From positions 352,001-416,000 of the forward strand of contig CBDESU010000002.1 in NCBI GenBank assembly GCA_965242695.1: a stretch of DNA of 64,000 nucleotides, in the 5' to 3' direction. The notes under the pieces were generated by a model. The model had not been told where the DNA came from, ran no database searches, and worked only from the letters and a program-made list of their open reading frames with translations. Each line of letters begins with the position of its first letter. The stretch's first letter is position 1. The position numbers were made by a program, and so were the translations under genes. Shown here one piece after another: positions 1 through 9,639 of the stretch. The DNA comes from Cenarchaeum sp. (GTDB taxonomy: Archaea > Thermoproteota > Nitrososphaeria > Nitrososphaerales > Nitrosopumilaceae).

Positions 1-1769
1 GGCACGTCCGCGCCGGCGACGAACCCGTAGACGTGCCGCCCGCCGACGTCGTACGCCGGCACCTCCAAGTCGACGGCGACGGGCAGGTGGTGGTATTGCA
101 GAGACGGCGACTCCTGCACGACGGCGGCCATAAAGTGCGCCCATCCCGACCGCCACGCGCAGCCGCCCTGTGCAACCGGCAGGTCGATGCGAAGGTGCGC
201 CGGGCAGGCGGCCTCGCTCCCGGCATTGCCGCCGCCTCCCCCCGGCAGGCCCGCAAGCACGTGGTGCATGTACACGTGCGCTATGGAGGCCGGCGAGGCC
301 TCGGCTCCGTGCCGCGCCCCCTGCCCGTGCACCGAGCTGACCGTCATTACGCCGGACGTGCGGTTGTACGACGAGGCCGCCGGCGATGCGGGGTCCCACC
401 TTGCGTCGGCCGCGGGGGCATCGTGTCCGAACTCGACGGCGATGCGGGCATGCGCCTCCCCGATCGCGCCGAGCACCCACAGGGCCCGCCTAAACTCGTG
501 GCCGTCCGGAACGGTGACGTTGAACCCCCTGATCGGATCCGAGAGGTCGCCCGCCGTCGCTGCGTGCAGCGCGTACGTCGCGTTGCGGGCGTCTGCCACG
601 CGGGAGTGGGGCGCGTCGGCCTCGAAGACTATGCGCAGGTCCACGGGGGAGGATGGATCGGTCGGGTCGAGCGTGAGCACGCTCATCTCGAAGAACCCCG
701 TGCGGTCCGTCGCGGTGCAGGCGCCGCGCGGGTCGGACGGGTCTGCAAGGTTGTCCAGCAGCGTCAGCGTGCGGTTGTCGTCCCCCACGTCGTACATGCA
801 GGCCGAGACGCCTGCCTGGCCGCGCACGATGCCGTCGGCATCGCGCGCGAGCAGTGTCCCGTACACGTACGAAGATATGGTCGGGAACTGGAACGCGCCC
901 GAGGCGCCCGAGGCGCCCGAGGCGCCCGAGGCGCCCGAGGCGCCCGAGGCGCCGGCAAGCCGGCGGTGCTCGGCGGCGACCGCATCGCGGTAGACTGCGG
1001 GGAGGTCGCCTGCATTATCGGCAAGCCACGCGGCGGCATCGGCGCCTGGAGGGAGCGCCCTTGCAAGGTGGGCGGCCAGGGCGTCGGGGGGAGGGAGCGA
1101 GGATGCGGAGCTTGAATCGCGGGGCATGTCCATGGCGGGGGCCGATTCCGCGGCGGTCGAGCTTGCGGCTGCCGCGTGTGCAGACCGAACGTCAAAGCGG
1201 ACGGCATCGCCGCTTGTCTCAAGCACTGCCAAGGCGCCGGCTACTGCCCCGCCGGCTCCGACCACGCGCACGTCGACAAAGTTCCGCGGAGGCGCAGGCT
1301 GCTCGGAGACCGTAATCGCGATCTCTGCGGTGCGGATGCCCTCGTCCTCGCCAGCGGCGGCTGCAGGCAGGGCCTTTTTGGCGTGGAATACCGCAAACTC
1401 GCCAGGCAGGCCACCCATCTCGACCGTTCCCGGATAGACCGTGTAGCCGGGCGAGGCCACCTCTATGCCGGCCGGAAAGCGCAGCAGTATGAACCCGCCA
1501 CCCGCGGCGGCGGTGTCCTGTGATGCGGCCAGGAAGGGGGCGGCCGTGTAGTTGACCGCGATCAGGCCCGTGCCGCCGACGGGCACGCTCGCCGGAAATG
1601 CGATCGAAGGAGGCGCGGTTGCCGCCTGCAGGCCGGAGAGCAGCTCGGCGGCATCAGCAACAGGGACGCCCTGCACAAGAAGGGCCGCGGCGGAGGCGAT
1701 CGCAACGGCGACTGTCACCATAGCGGCGGACCTAGCATGCGACCGATCTGCGCGTCTCCTTCCCAACAC
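1..1769 (-). CDS. Secreted/surface protein with degenerate zinc-metalloprotease-like motif (3' end runs off the window)
   Basis: Own translation; not in the ORF track because it has no stop in the window. Open minus frame from GTG1769/TTG1766 (alt. ATG1721) to the edge. Basic then hydrophobic signal-like N-terminus (GRRRADRSHARSAAMVTVAVAIASAAALLVQG), (GAS)6 linker, motif SIAHVYMHH at ~261-287, TTATTAAT box ~25 bp upstream. Confidence 0.7.
   Translation of the reverse strand, partial: MLGRRRADRSHARSAAMVTVAVAIASAAALLVQGVPVADAAELLSGLQAATAPPSIAFPASVPVGGTGLIAVNYTAAPFLAASQDTAAAGGGFILLRFPAGIEVASPGYTVYPGTVEMGGLPGEFAVFHAKKALPAAAAGEDEGIRTAEIAITVSEQPAPPRNFVDVRVVGAGGAVAGALAVLETSGDAVRFDVRSAHAAAASSTAAESAPAMDMPRDSSSASSLPPPDALAAHLARALPPGADAAAWLADNAGDLPAVYRDAVAAEHRRLAGASGASGASGASGASGASGAFQFPTISSYVYGTLLARDADGIVRGQAGVSACMYDVGDDNRTLTLLDNLADPSDPRGACTATDRTGFFEMSVLTLDPTDPSSPVDLRIVFEADAPHSRVADARNATYALHAATAGDLSDPIRGFNVTVPDGHEFRRALWVLGAIGEAHARIAVEFGHDAPAADARWDPASPAASSYNRTSGVMTVSSVHGQGARHGAEASPASIAHVYMHHVLAGLPGGGGGNAGSEAACPAHLRIDLPVAQGGCAWRSGWAHFMAAVVQESPSLQYHHLPVAVDLEVPAYDVGGRHVYGFVAGADV
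895..948. repeat. 9-bp tandem repeat (GCGCCCGAG)x6 encoding a Gly-Ala-Ser linker
   Basis: Directly visible; in frame in the minus-strand surface protein. Confidence 0.9.
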
Positions 1770-1968
1770 AGCGCCGCTAGGCGGCACATTAATAACCATT
1801 TAGCCGATCGGCCAAGCCTCACGCCTGCCCGGGAGTCGATTTCCGATCCGGGGGACGGTCAGAAGATCTTCGCCTCGTCTCCATTGTCTCGGGACCAGCA
1901 TCTCAGGCCGAGATCTGGTCTATCTGCATGCTTGCACACATATTAGGTCGTGGAAGTGGCGCCATGCA

Positions 1969-2613
1969 TTGGAATGGCTAGAAGGAGCATGGGAGTGGGC
2001 AAAAGTAGCATGGGAGTGGCCCTACTTTGATCAAGGTGTCGCCACCGTCACCGCATTCGCTGTCATAGGCGCACCCGCAGTGTGGGCGATCAAGCGGAGG
2101 TGGAACGGCCACCAGACCAGAAAAACGGTGGCGACGGGACTTTGCGCTGAACTCAAGGACGCGATGAGGGCGCTGGATGGTACAGATGGCCGCAAACGAA
2201 GGGAGGTAAGAATAGTAGATTCAGAGTCGTCGCGTCAGACTCCATCATATAAGAAAGTCAACTACACTCTGGCATTTCTAAATCATGATGCCTATGATAG
2301 CTTTTTGTACTCGGGGCACCTTGTAATGCTTAATTCAGAGCTAGTGCAGGATGTGCAAAACGTCTATCAGCGCATAAAGCACCATAACAAGTGGCTAGAG
2401 TACCTGATGCCTTTACTCGACAAGGAGTCTGAAACGGGTAAGAGCAATTTGGCCGTCACGAGCACATATTATGATATCCTTAGCAAATACGAGTCTGAGT
2501 TGTTGGATATGATACCGGCCCTGAAAAAAAGGCTAGAGGTGCTAGCTTCACTTCAGTCTCGACTTGGTAGGCTGGCCTGCCGGTTTCGGGTCGTCAAGCC
2601 CGCCCGGTGCTAG
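1969..2613 (+). CDS. Hypothetical protein with N-terminal transmembrane anchor
   Basis: 214-aa ORF, lower GC than flanks, hydrophobic GVATVTAFAVIGAPAVWAI followed by KRR. Confidence 0.75.
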   Translation: MEWLEGAWEWAKVAWEWPYFDQGVATVTAFAVIGAPAVWAIKRRWNGHQTRKTVATGLCAELKDAMRALDGTDGRKRREVRIVDSESSRQTPSYKKVNYTLAFLNHDAYDSFLYSGHLVMLNSELVQDVQNVYQRIKHHNKWLEYLMPLLDKESETGKSNLAVTSTYYDILSKYESELLDMIPALKKRLEVLASLQSRLGRLACRFRVVKPARC

Positions 2614-3282
2614 CATCCTGTGCATGGGCGCATCAACGCTTTCAGTGGCGCGGGCCGCGGCATATCCCCGTACCGAGCGCTTGCTGTTTGTGTCTGCCAC
2701 AGCGCCTCCCCACAGGACGGCTATAAAAAGGCAGCCCGGGACAAAAACGGCAGGGGCAAGCGGCGGGCAACCGTAGACGCTCGGGCGGACACTCAGATTA
2801 TTGTCGCCAGAAATGACACTTGTCTGGATGGCCCAGCTGACGGGAGCTGGCCCAGGCAGTATGTCCGGGCGCCATCGGCCGCTACTGCTTGCCGCGGCTA
2901 CCGGACTTTGGAGCGGGACGCTCTGCCGGACCCGGGTTCAGGGACACATCGGTGCCCCTAGCCGGATGCAACGGCGCATCCACACTTGCGGAGCGCATCT
3001 CAGAGCCGTCGCCGCCCTTCTGCGCCTTTGATTTAGTCATGCCTAGGCGCCGCGATCCAGGCTTTATTAGCGTTGCCCATGAAGTGCACCCGGAGACATG
3101 CAATTGTCGATAAATCACGCTCCCGCCGCGTCCCGATCTGGAACCGCGGGCCAGAACGTCAGGTGCTGTCTTTAGCATCAGTGCGATCACCGGCAACGCC
3201 GCCGGTCCTTCGGCATGCCTGCCGCTCATCCGAGGGTCGCAGGAATTCGCCTGACGCCATCCCCCGTCCCCCGGCGATGCAT

Positions 3283-4389
3283 CTACGACTTAGCGACTGG
3301 TAGCGACGCGGCGACGGGGTACCCGCGCCTCCTAGCGATCGCGTAGTGCCGACCGAGATCCCGCTCAAGGCCGCCCATCCTGCCCAGCTGCACGACGGGC
3401 GCCGCGCCCTTCCTCCTTTCGGCGTTCCTGCGCGCTAGCGCGTCGACGTACTCGGGAGGCGGGAGCATGCGCACCTTTTCGCGGCCGCATCCCTGGCATG
3501 CGAGGACGAGGTTCCACGCCCTGGCCCCGCCCACGTAGTCGGCCGGCAGGAAGTGGTCGATGCACATGCGCTCGTCGGGCCGTGGGCGCGCGTCGCAATA
3601 GAAGCAGTGTCGCCCCCCGATCTCCAGGCCGGGCAGGAACCCGCACACGCTCTCGCATCCGTCGTAGGCCGCGAGGAACCTGCCGGCCAGGTTGGGGGAG
3701 CCGGGGTTGAGCGAGTCGGTGGCCCGTAGCCATTCGAGTGCGACGGCCCTGCTCAGCGCCCCGTAGTTCTCGCGTAAGAACCGCGATGCGGCTCGGTTCA
3801 CCAGTATCCCGCCCCTCAGGTCGACCCGGCGACTGCCCTCCTTGTCCGCCGGCCCCGCCGCGTACTGGTAGAACATGCGCGGCTCCCTGCCGCCGACCTT
3901 TTGGAACCTGTAGACGACCTGCCTTGGCATGACCCTTGCGATCTCCTTTATGCACCGCCCGGTCCTCTCGGGCTCGTCGCGGATTGCCTGGCAGACCGAC
4001 TGCCCGTACTCGCCTTCTCCAAACTCCTTCTCGATCGCCGTCATGACCAGGGGCGTCTCGGTGGCGGGCCCCTGCCGGAGCCCCGCATTGCATGCAAGGG
4101 GCCAGTAGTATGCGAAAAAGTACCGCGCAATCTCGGCGTACCTCACCCTTATGCCGCCTGCGGTGTCGACCGCCCCCGGCGCTTCCTTGTCCCTCGGCCG
4201 CCCGTACATCCGCAGCACCATGCACGGATCGCAGCAGAGGTCGAGCAGGAACCGGGCCATTGCGAACTTGTACGTGTTGTTCCTCCTGCCCTCACTTGCG
4301 ATCGCGACGAACCAGTCGCGGAACTCCCCGTTGGACCATTTGGCAAAGCCGAACCGCTCGCGGCCGCCGCCCTCCTTTCCCCCAGCCAT
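3283..4389 (-). CDS. HNH endonuclease domain protein (TYKF-type N-terminal domain)
   Basis: NNTYKFAMARFLLD N-terminal motif; C-terminal CFYC...IDHFLP...WNLVLACQGC. Start moved to ATG4389. Confidence 0.8.
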   Translation of the reverse strand: MAGGKEGGGRERFGFAKWSNGEFRDWFVAIASEGRRNNTYKFAMARFLLDLCCDPCMVLRMYGRPRDKEAPGAVDTAGGIRVRYAEIARYFFAYYWPLACNAGLRQGPATETPLVMTAIEKEFGEGEYGQSVCQAIRDEPERTGRCIKEIARVMPRQVVYRFQKVGGREPRMFYQYAAGPADKEGSRRVDLRGGILVNRAASRFLRENYGALSRAVALEWLRATDSLNPGSPNLAGRFLAAYDGCESVCGFLPGLEIGGRHCFYCDARPRPDERMCIDHFLPADYVGGARAWNLVLACQGCGREKVRMLPPPEYVDALARRNAERRKGAAPVVQLGRMGGLERDLGRHYAIARRRGYPVAASLPVAKS

Positions 4390-4692
4390 CGAGCCGGCCG
4401 CTGGACGGCCCCAAAATAACCCTTGCGGCGCCCGTCCGGCCGGCGGCCCACGCGGCCCCATGCGGTCCCTCCCGGCTCGGCGGTGAAGAGGCCCCTGTCG
4501 GGGGCCGTGCCGGCCGGCGCGGCCCCGCTCGCCTCCGCCCCTCCCTGCGCGCCAGGGCGCCCCCGCGGCGGCGGCGAGGCGTATCGTCTCCTCCTGCCGT
4601 CCTTAGCCCACGTTTTACGCACTTATGTAGGGCATTCTGGCGCCCCCGCTCGTTGGCCCGCAGAAGTGGTGGCTCGACCCGTCTCGCCGCGG

Positions 4693-5379
4693 ATGCTCGG
4701 CAGCCAGTGGGCCTTTGTGTTCAGCCTGTTCCACGACCTTGAAGAGGTCGGCGCCAGCCTGGACCCGCTCATCCAAAGGTACCTCCCGATCGCCATCGCA
4801 ACGTGCCTAGAGCTGTTCTACCGCCAGGTCGGGCAGCGCCTGTTCAATGCCAGCGCCCACATGCACACCCCCGTCAACATCAGCATCACGCTCGCCCGCT
4901 TGGACGAGTTCCGGCGCGTCCTGGGCCTCTTTACGCAGGCCGACCTGTTCCGGCACAACCGCAGGGTCCAGGGCGTCGACGACATTAGGTCGATCCAGGA
5001 AGAGCTCGGCATGGAGAGCGTGTTCAAGGGAGACCCAAGGCTGCTCGATGTGTCGCACCAGATGTTCGGGGTGCGCAACAACAACGCACACGGGGCCGGC
5101 GCCGGGCGGTACGACGTGCGCCTGTTCCTGTGGGCGCTGCGCAGGCACCTTGAAAAGGTCCTCGGGCAGCTGCCTCCCATGCGCGCCGTCTTTTGGCTGA
5201 TCGGCGCGGGCAGGGCCGACCGGCGCGGCGACCGGGATGCCGCCCTCGGGCTCTGCCGCAGGGCGGCCGAGGAGGCAGACGCCGCGGCCGCGGCCGGCGC
5301 TGCGCGGGACACGGCGGTCGGCCTCGACTGCCTTTTGTCTGGGATGCGGCCGCAGGCGACCGCAGGCGACCGCTTCTGA
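4693..5379 (+). CDS. HEPN-domain protein, possibly C-terminally truncated
   Basis: IATCLELFYR helix plus RxxxxH motif RNNNAH (5074-5091). Ends in a short TPR-like helix pair. Start uncertain (4666 or 4693). Confidence 0.55.
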   Translation: MLGSQWAFVFSLFHDLEEVGASLDPLIQRYLPIAIATCLELFYRQVGQRLFNASAHMHTPVNISITLARLDEFRRVLGLFTQADLFRHNRRVQGVDDIRSIQEELGMESVFKGDPRLLDVSHQMFGVRNNNAHGAGAGRYDVRLFLWALRRHLEKVLGQLPPMRAVFWLIGAGRADRRGDRDAALGLCRRAAEEADAAAAAGAARDTAVGLDCLLSGMRPQATAGDRF

Positions 5380-5474
5380 TCGACATAGCCCATGTGGTCG
5401 CACCATACCTGAGGCACAAAACTGGTACAGTGCAAAGGGCTCTCTTCCGCTCTAGGAAGCTAGGACGGTCACAT

Positions 5475-8399
5475 TCACGGCTTGGCCGAGCCGCAGGCCA
5501 GCCCGCCGTCTTTTTTGCTGCGGGTTCTGGGCCGGGATCGCTTCATCACGCTCGGCTCTGCGCACCACAGCCGGGTGAGCTCCCTGTAGTCATACCCGGG
5601 CGCGCCGAGCATGCTGGTCACGGCCGCGCTTATTCTGTCACGCGCCTTGTCCCCATCCGACTGGTAAGCGGGGCGTAGTGATATGGGCCTTGGGCGGGCG
5701 TGCCCTTTTTGGCTTGTCCCCACGCGGTGTCGGGATTGCCGCACCAGCGGCCCCGCCATTTCGTCGAACTGGGCCGCCGCCGCGTCCAGCGCGTCGTCAC
5801 CAAGCTTGGCAAAGTCGGGGCACTGCACCTTTGCGACCGCGCCGACCTGCATCCTAGAGCGGGCGTCCTGCTGCGATCTCTGCCCGTTGGCCCAGTGTGC
5901 CACCATGCCGAACACGGAGTTTGCCCACAGCGCAAACGCCTTCATGACGCGCCTGTCGCCGTGCCGGAGCCCGACCCAGGCGCTCCCGCCCATCACCCTG
6001 CGCCTTGTCATTACGGCGACCATGGCCTGCGATGACCACGTCATGTTCTTCTGGAAGAACAGCGTGGTCCGCCTGCCCCACATGTCGCCGGCTCTCTGTC
6101 CGCCGTCGCCCCCGCCGTCGACATGCACTGTCCCCTTGTGGGTCGGCGTGGCCAGGAGATGCCTCTGCCTTTTTCCGTCCGACTTCCACATGGAGCGGTG
6201 CAGCCCGACCGCATCGGGCTTGCCAGTGACGGGCGTGAATGTGAATGCGCCGCGGGCGTCCCTTTTTTCCAGATGCCCTATGAGGTCGTGCGTGGGGCCC
6301 ACCTCGAACAGGTCCCCGATGGTGGTCATGTCGAACGTTGAGGCCAGATCGCCCTCCATGTCCAGCAGGCGGCCGCCAAGCAGTCCGTTCTTGATCATCT
6401 CTAGGACATCGCTGACCGACCCGACCGCGCTCCACGGCTCTCCCTCACGAGCCTCAAACGTGTGGGATACGCCGATCTCGTCGCCCCCCAGCGTTATGGT
6501 CCCCGCGTCCGGCCCCGCCATTACGGCCTTTGCCACCTCCGCCGCCTCGCCGACGCGCAGCACGGGCTCGTGGAGGGTCACGCAGCGAACGGGGGACGAG
6601 TCCTTGGACCTCTCGCCCCTTTTCGTGCCGACCAGCATTATTTCCTCCAGCATCGTGTCGGCCGATAGCGCATCCTTGCCCAGCGCCTTTCCCGGCGACA
6701 CTGCCACAACTGTAATGTCGGTAAACCACGCCTCGACCATCCTGCGCGTGGTCGCCCACACGTCGGAAAACGCCGCCGTCCTGGGAAGGACGAACCCTAT
6801 GCGCCCGCCAGGCCTTGCTTTTTTGCGCGCAATGCACAGGAACGTGGCGGCCATTCCCGCCCTCTTGTCGCAGTCCTCGCCCTTGATCAAATCGCCCCAC
6901 CTCTTTTTGCACGCCTTCTTCTCGTCGTCGGACAGGCCGTCCAGATCAAACGCACTCTGCCCGCCCCTCGTGCGCGAGTATGGCGGATTCATAAGCACTG
7001 CGGCTATTTCACCGTCCCTTACCACCACCGACTCGCCCGCGCCGCTGCGCCCCGTCGACAGGCCGAATCCCTCGGAAAAGAGGTCCTGTATGGAGTTGTG
7101 CCCGATGTACTCGATCGATCCCGTCCTGTTCTGGTTGCCGACCCCAACCCAGCCCACGTTTGTCTTTCCGTACGGCTGCCTTGACACCACGGCGAGGCTG
7201 GTCGATGTCAGGTGCGCCGCTATGGGCGATATGTCCGCGCCGTACAGACCCGCCTCCATCGCCCGCCGATGCAGGAGCTCTAGAGTTTTTGTCGTGCCGC
7301 CGCCTTGTTCATGATATAACCTCACTTGCCGGTATCCAAACCGCAGAAGTGTCCCGGTCCCGCACGACATGTCCGCAATTTTGAATGTTTCGAACAGATC
7401 GGGGCTGACCCAATCAGCCATGTCCTTTCTGATCGTGGCGTAGGCGAGGAACTCCGCCGTGGGCGGCTGGGTGTAGAATGCGGCAGACTCCTTTCGATCC
7501 TTGCTGAGCTTTGGGAACAGCTCGGCGCCTATGTTTATCTCGCTTCCGATCTTTGCCGCGTCTATTGTTGCGGCGGCCCTGTGGAGGCGGTCAAACGACC
7601 TGGCGACTGCGCCTGGCGCGATCAGCAGTAGATCATCCAGTATGCGGACGGCCGGCTCGAATATCGCCCTCCAGTTTATCTCGTATATTTTTTTCCACGC
7701 ATCGGCGCACTCGAGCGGGTTTTGCGACGGCTTTGGTATGTCGTAGAGTCCGCCATACAGCGCCTTTTGGACCAGGATCGCGTTGAGCCATAGTATGCAC
7801 GTGGTTTGCAGCCCGTTGAGCGCTGATCTCTGGTACAGGATTTGGGACAGGTTGCGCAGGTACTCGTCGTCTACTGCGCCATCCAGTATGTTGGCCGCCT
7901 CCTTGACGCACGTGGCCACATCCTGCGCCGCCCGTTCTACGTCCTCCCTTGGTACAGATGCGGACGAGACGAGCCGTGCGATGTCTTCGTACGATCCTTC
8001 TATGAAGCCGCGCGCGGGAAACCGGCGGTAGCCGTCTGTCGACGTCTTCTGATGCACGGCGTACCTAAGGACGTGCCGCTGGCTGAGGCGCGCTGTGTTG
8101 CGGTGGGACTTTTGAAGCTCGACCGCTATCGCGGTCTTGATTTCGTCCCCGTTCTTTGCGTAGTGCTTGCCAAGTCGCGCCTTGGCATCCTCGTCTGCAT
8201 CGCGGCGGACGTAGGACGTCTCGATCGCCACCGGAGGCATGTCTTGCCCGGCGACCAGTATGTCGACGCGCAGTGACTTTGACTCGCGGAGCAGGCGGGT
8301 CTCTTCGACGAATATGGACTTTTTCCACGCGGGCTTGGAGCCTGCGAGTGCATCACCGAGCGCGCGGTTGAATGCCTGCTCGCCCCTCAAGGCATGCAC
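5475..8399 (-). CDS. Type IIG-like fused restriction endonuclease / N6-adenine methyltransferase
   Basis: N-terminal PD-(D/E)XK-like RVDILV...VAIETS, AAFYT, motif I DMSCGTGTLL, motif IV NPPY, long C-terminal TRD-like region. Start GTG8399 or TTG8390. Confidence 0.88.
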   Translation of the reverse strand: MHALRGEQAFNRALGDALAGSKPAWKKSIFVEETRLLRESKSLRVDILVAGQDMPPVAIETSYVRRDADEDAKARLGKHYAKNGDEIKTAIAVELQKSHRNTARLSQRHVLRYAVHQKTSTDGYRRFPARGFIEGSYEDIARLVSSASVPREDVERAAQDVATCVKEAANILDGAVDDEYLRNLSQILYQRSALNGLQTTCILWLNAILVQKALYGGLYDIPKPSQNPLECADAWKKIYEINWRAIFEPAVRILDDLLLIAPGAVARSFDRLHRAAATIDAAKIGSEINIGAELFPKLSKDRKESAAFYTQPPTAEFLAYATIRKDMADWVSPDLFETFKIADMSCGTGTLLRFGYRQVRLYHEQGGGTTKTLELLHRRAMEAGLYGADISPIAAHLTSTSLAVVSRQPYGKTNVGWVGVGNQNRTGSIEYIGHNSIQDLFSEGFGLSTGRSGAGESVVVRDGEIAAVLMNPPYSRTRGGQSAFDLDGLSDDEKKACKKRWGDLIKGEDCDKRAGMAATFLCIARKKARPGGRIGFVLPRTAAFSDVWATTRRMVEAWFTDITVVAVSPGKALGKDALSADTMLEEIMLVGTKRGERSKDSSPVRCVTLHEPVLRVGEAAEVAKAVMAGPDAGTITLGGDEIGVSHTFEAREGEPWSAVGSVSDVLEMIKNGLLGGRLLDMEGDLASTFDMTTIGDLFEVGPTHDLIGHLEKRDARGAFTFTPVTGKPDAVGLHRSMWKSDGKRQRHLLATPTHKGTVHVDGGGDGGQRAGDMWGRRTTLFFQKNMTWSSQAMVAVMTRRRVMGGSAWVGLRHGDRRVMKAFALWANSVFGMVAHWANGQRSQQDARSRMQVGAVAKVQCPDFAKLGDDALDAAAAQFDEMAGPLVRQSRHRVGTSQKGHARPRPISLRPAYQSDGDKARDRISAAVTSMLGAPGYDYRELTRLWCAEPSVMKRSRPRTRSKKDGGLACGSAKP

Positions 8400-8505
8400 C
8401 CCCTGCAGGGATGCGCCCGCGTCCGTATGGGGCGGCCTGCCAGACGATCGCAGATCGCCCCTGAAACATCAGGGCGGCGCCTGCCGGGGGACTTGGAGCC
8501 TGTTA

Positions 8506-8840
8506 GCGGAGCGGAGCGGAGCGGAGCGGAGCGGAGCGGAGCGGAGCGGAGCGGAGCGGAGCGGAGCGGAGCGGAGCGGAGCGGAGCGGAGCGGAGCGGA
8601 GCGGAGCGGAGCGGAGCGGAGCGGAGCGGAGCGGAGCGGAGCGGAGCGGAGCGGAGCGGAGCGGAGCGGAGCGGAGCGGAGCGGAGCGGAGCGGAGCGGA
8701 GCGGAGCGGAGCGGAGCGGAGCGGAGCGGAGCGGAGCGGAGCGGAGCGGAGCGGAGCGGAGCGGAGCGGAGCGGAGCGGAGCGGAGCGGAGCGGAGCGGA
8801 GCGGAGCGGAGCGGAGCGGAGCGGAGCGGAGCGGAGCGGA
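8506..8840. repeat. Perfect pentanucleotide microsatellite (GCGGA)x67
   Basis: 335 bp of uninterrupted GCGGA, ~105 bp upstream of the R-M gene. Confidence 0.97.
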
Positions 8841-9053
8841 GCATGACTAGCATCGTACAATCGGGCGTACGCTGCGGCTTATTTATGACATGTCGTCCGC
8901 GCCTCGCCTTGCCTCCCCGTGAGCGTCTAGGCGCCTTCCCCACACGCGGGGCGACGCCACGCAGTCTGCGGCGACACGGACGCTAGATCGGGGCAAGTCG
9001 CGGGATTGAAGCGTCTGCCGGCATCCAGCCGCAACGCCACTGCATGGATTCAA

Positions 9054-9235
9054 GGCTGCAAGGGTCCGCGGCACCTCCACGGCATCGTGATAGCAGATAT
9101 GCTCCGGCCCGCAGGTTGAGCTAGGGGCTGCAAGGGTCCGCGGCACCTCCACGGCATCGTGATAGCAGATATGCTCCGGCCCGCAGGTTGAGCTAGGGGC
9201 TGCAAGGGTCCGCGGCACCTCCACGGCATCGTGAT
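9054..9235 (-). CRISPR. CRISPR-like mini-array: 3 x 38-bp repeats, 2 identical 34-bp spacers, no cas genes in window
   Basis: GGCTGCAAGGGTCCGCGGCACCTCCACGGCATCGTGAT at 9054, 9126, 9198 (period 72). On the minus strand it has hairpin CCGTGG-AGGTG-CCGCGG and ends CCCTTGCAGC, reminiscent of ATTGAAGC-type repeat ends. Identical spacers weaken the call. Confidence 0.5.
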
Positions 9236-9639
9236 CAAAGAAACATCCGCAAGGGGCTTGCCTCCGCTGTCGCAAGGAGCCTCCGCCTTCGCACCGCCTT
9301 CAATGGGATGGACGCACGGTTGCCAAAGGATTGGGATGATTGCGTTGCTAAAATCCAGGCGGTGGGCTAGCGCGCCGCTCATGCGGCCGAGATCAGTAGG
9401 CAGATCGTCGCTCGCATCAACGGGAAGATGGGAACCTTGCCGACGCCGGCGTGGCTCTCAGGTGTAGAACACGGGCAAGTTTTGCGATGCCATGCTGCCT
9501 CCATGACCCGCGCGGGGCAGACCCAACAAGGGATCGCAGGGGGGGCCGCTCCCCGCGCCCCGCTACGTCCAGAATTTGGCGTGGGGTGCACCCCTGCCGC
9601 CCTGCCGATAACATGGGCGCCTAGCCCGCCGTCATTCAT

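Noticed and set aside
33-1803. Several long plus-strand ORFs
   Set aside because: Antisense shadows of the minus-strand surface protein in high-GC DNA.
8239-8850. Plus-strand (SGAER)n ORFs
   Set aside because: By-product of the stop-free microsatellite; no promoter or domain evidence.
9236-9340. Possible further degenerate CRISPR repeats
   Set aside because: Only short motif matches, off the 72-bp period.
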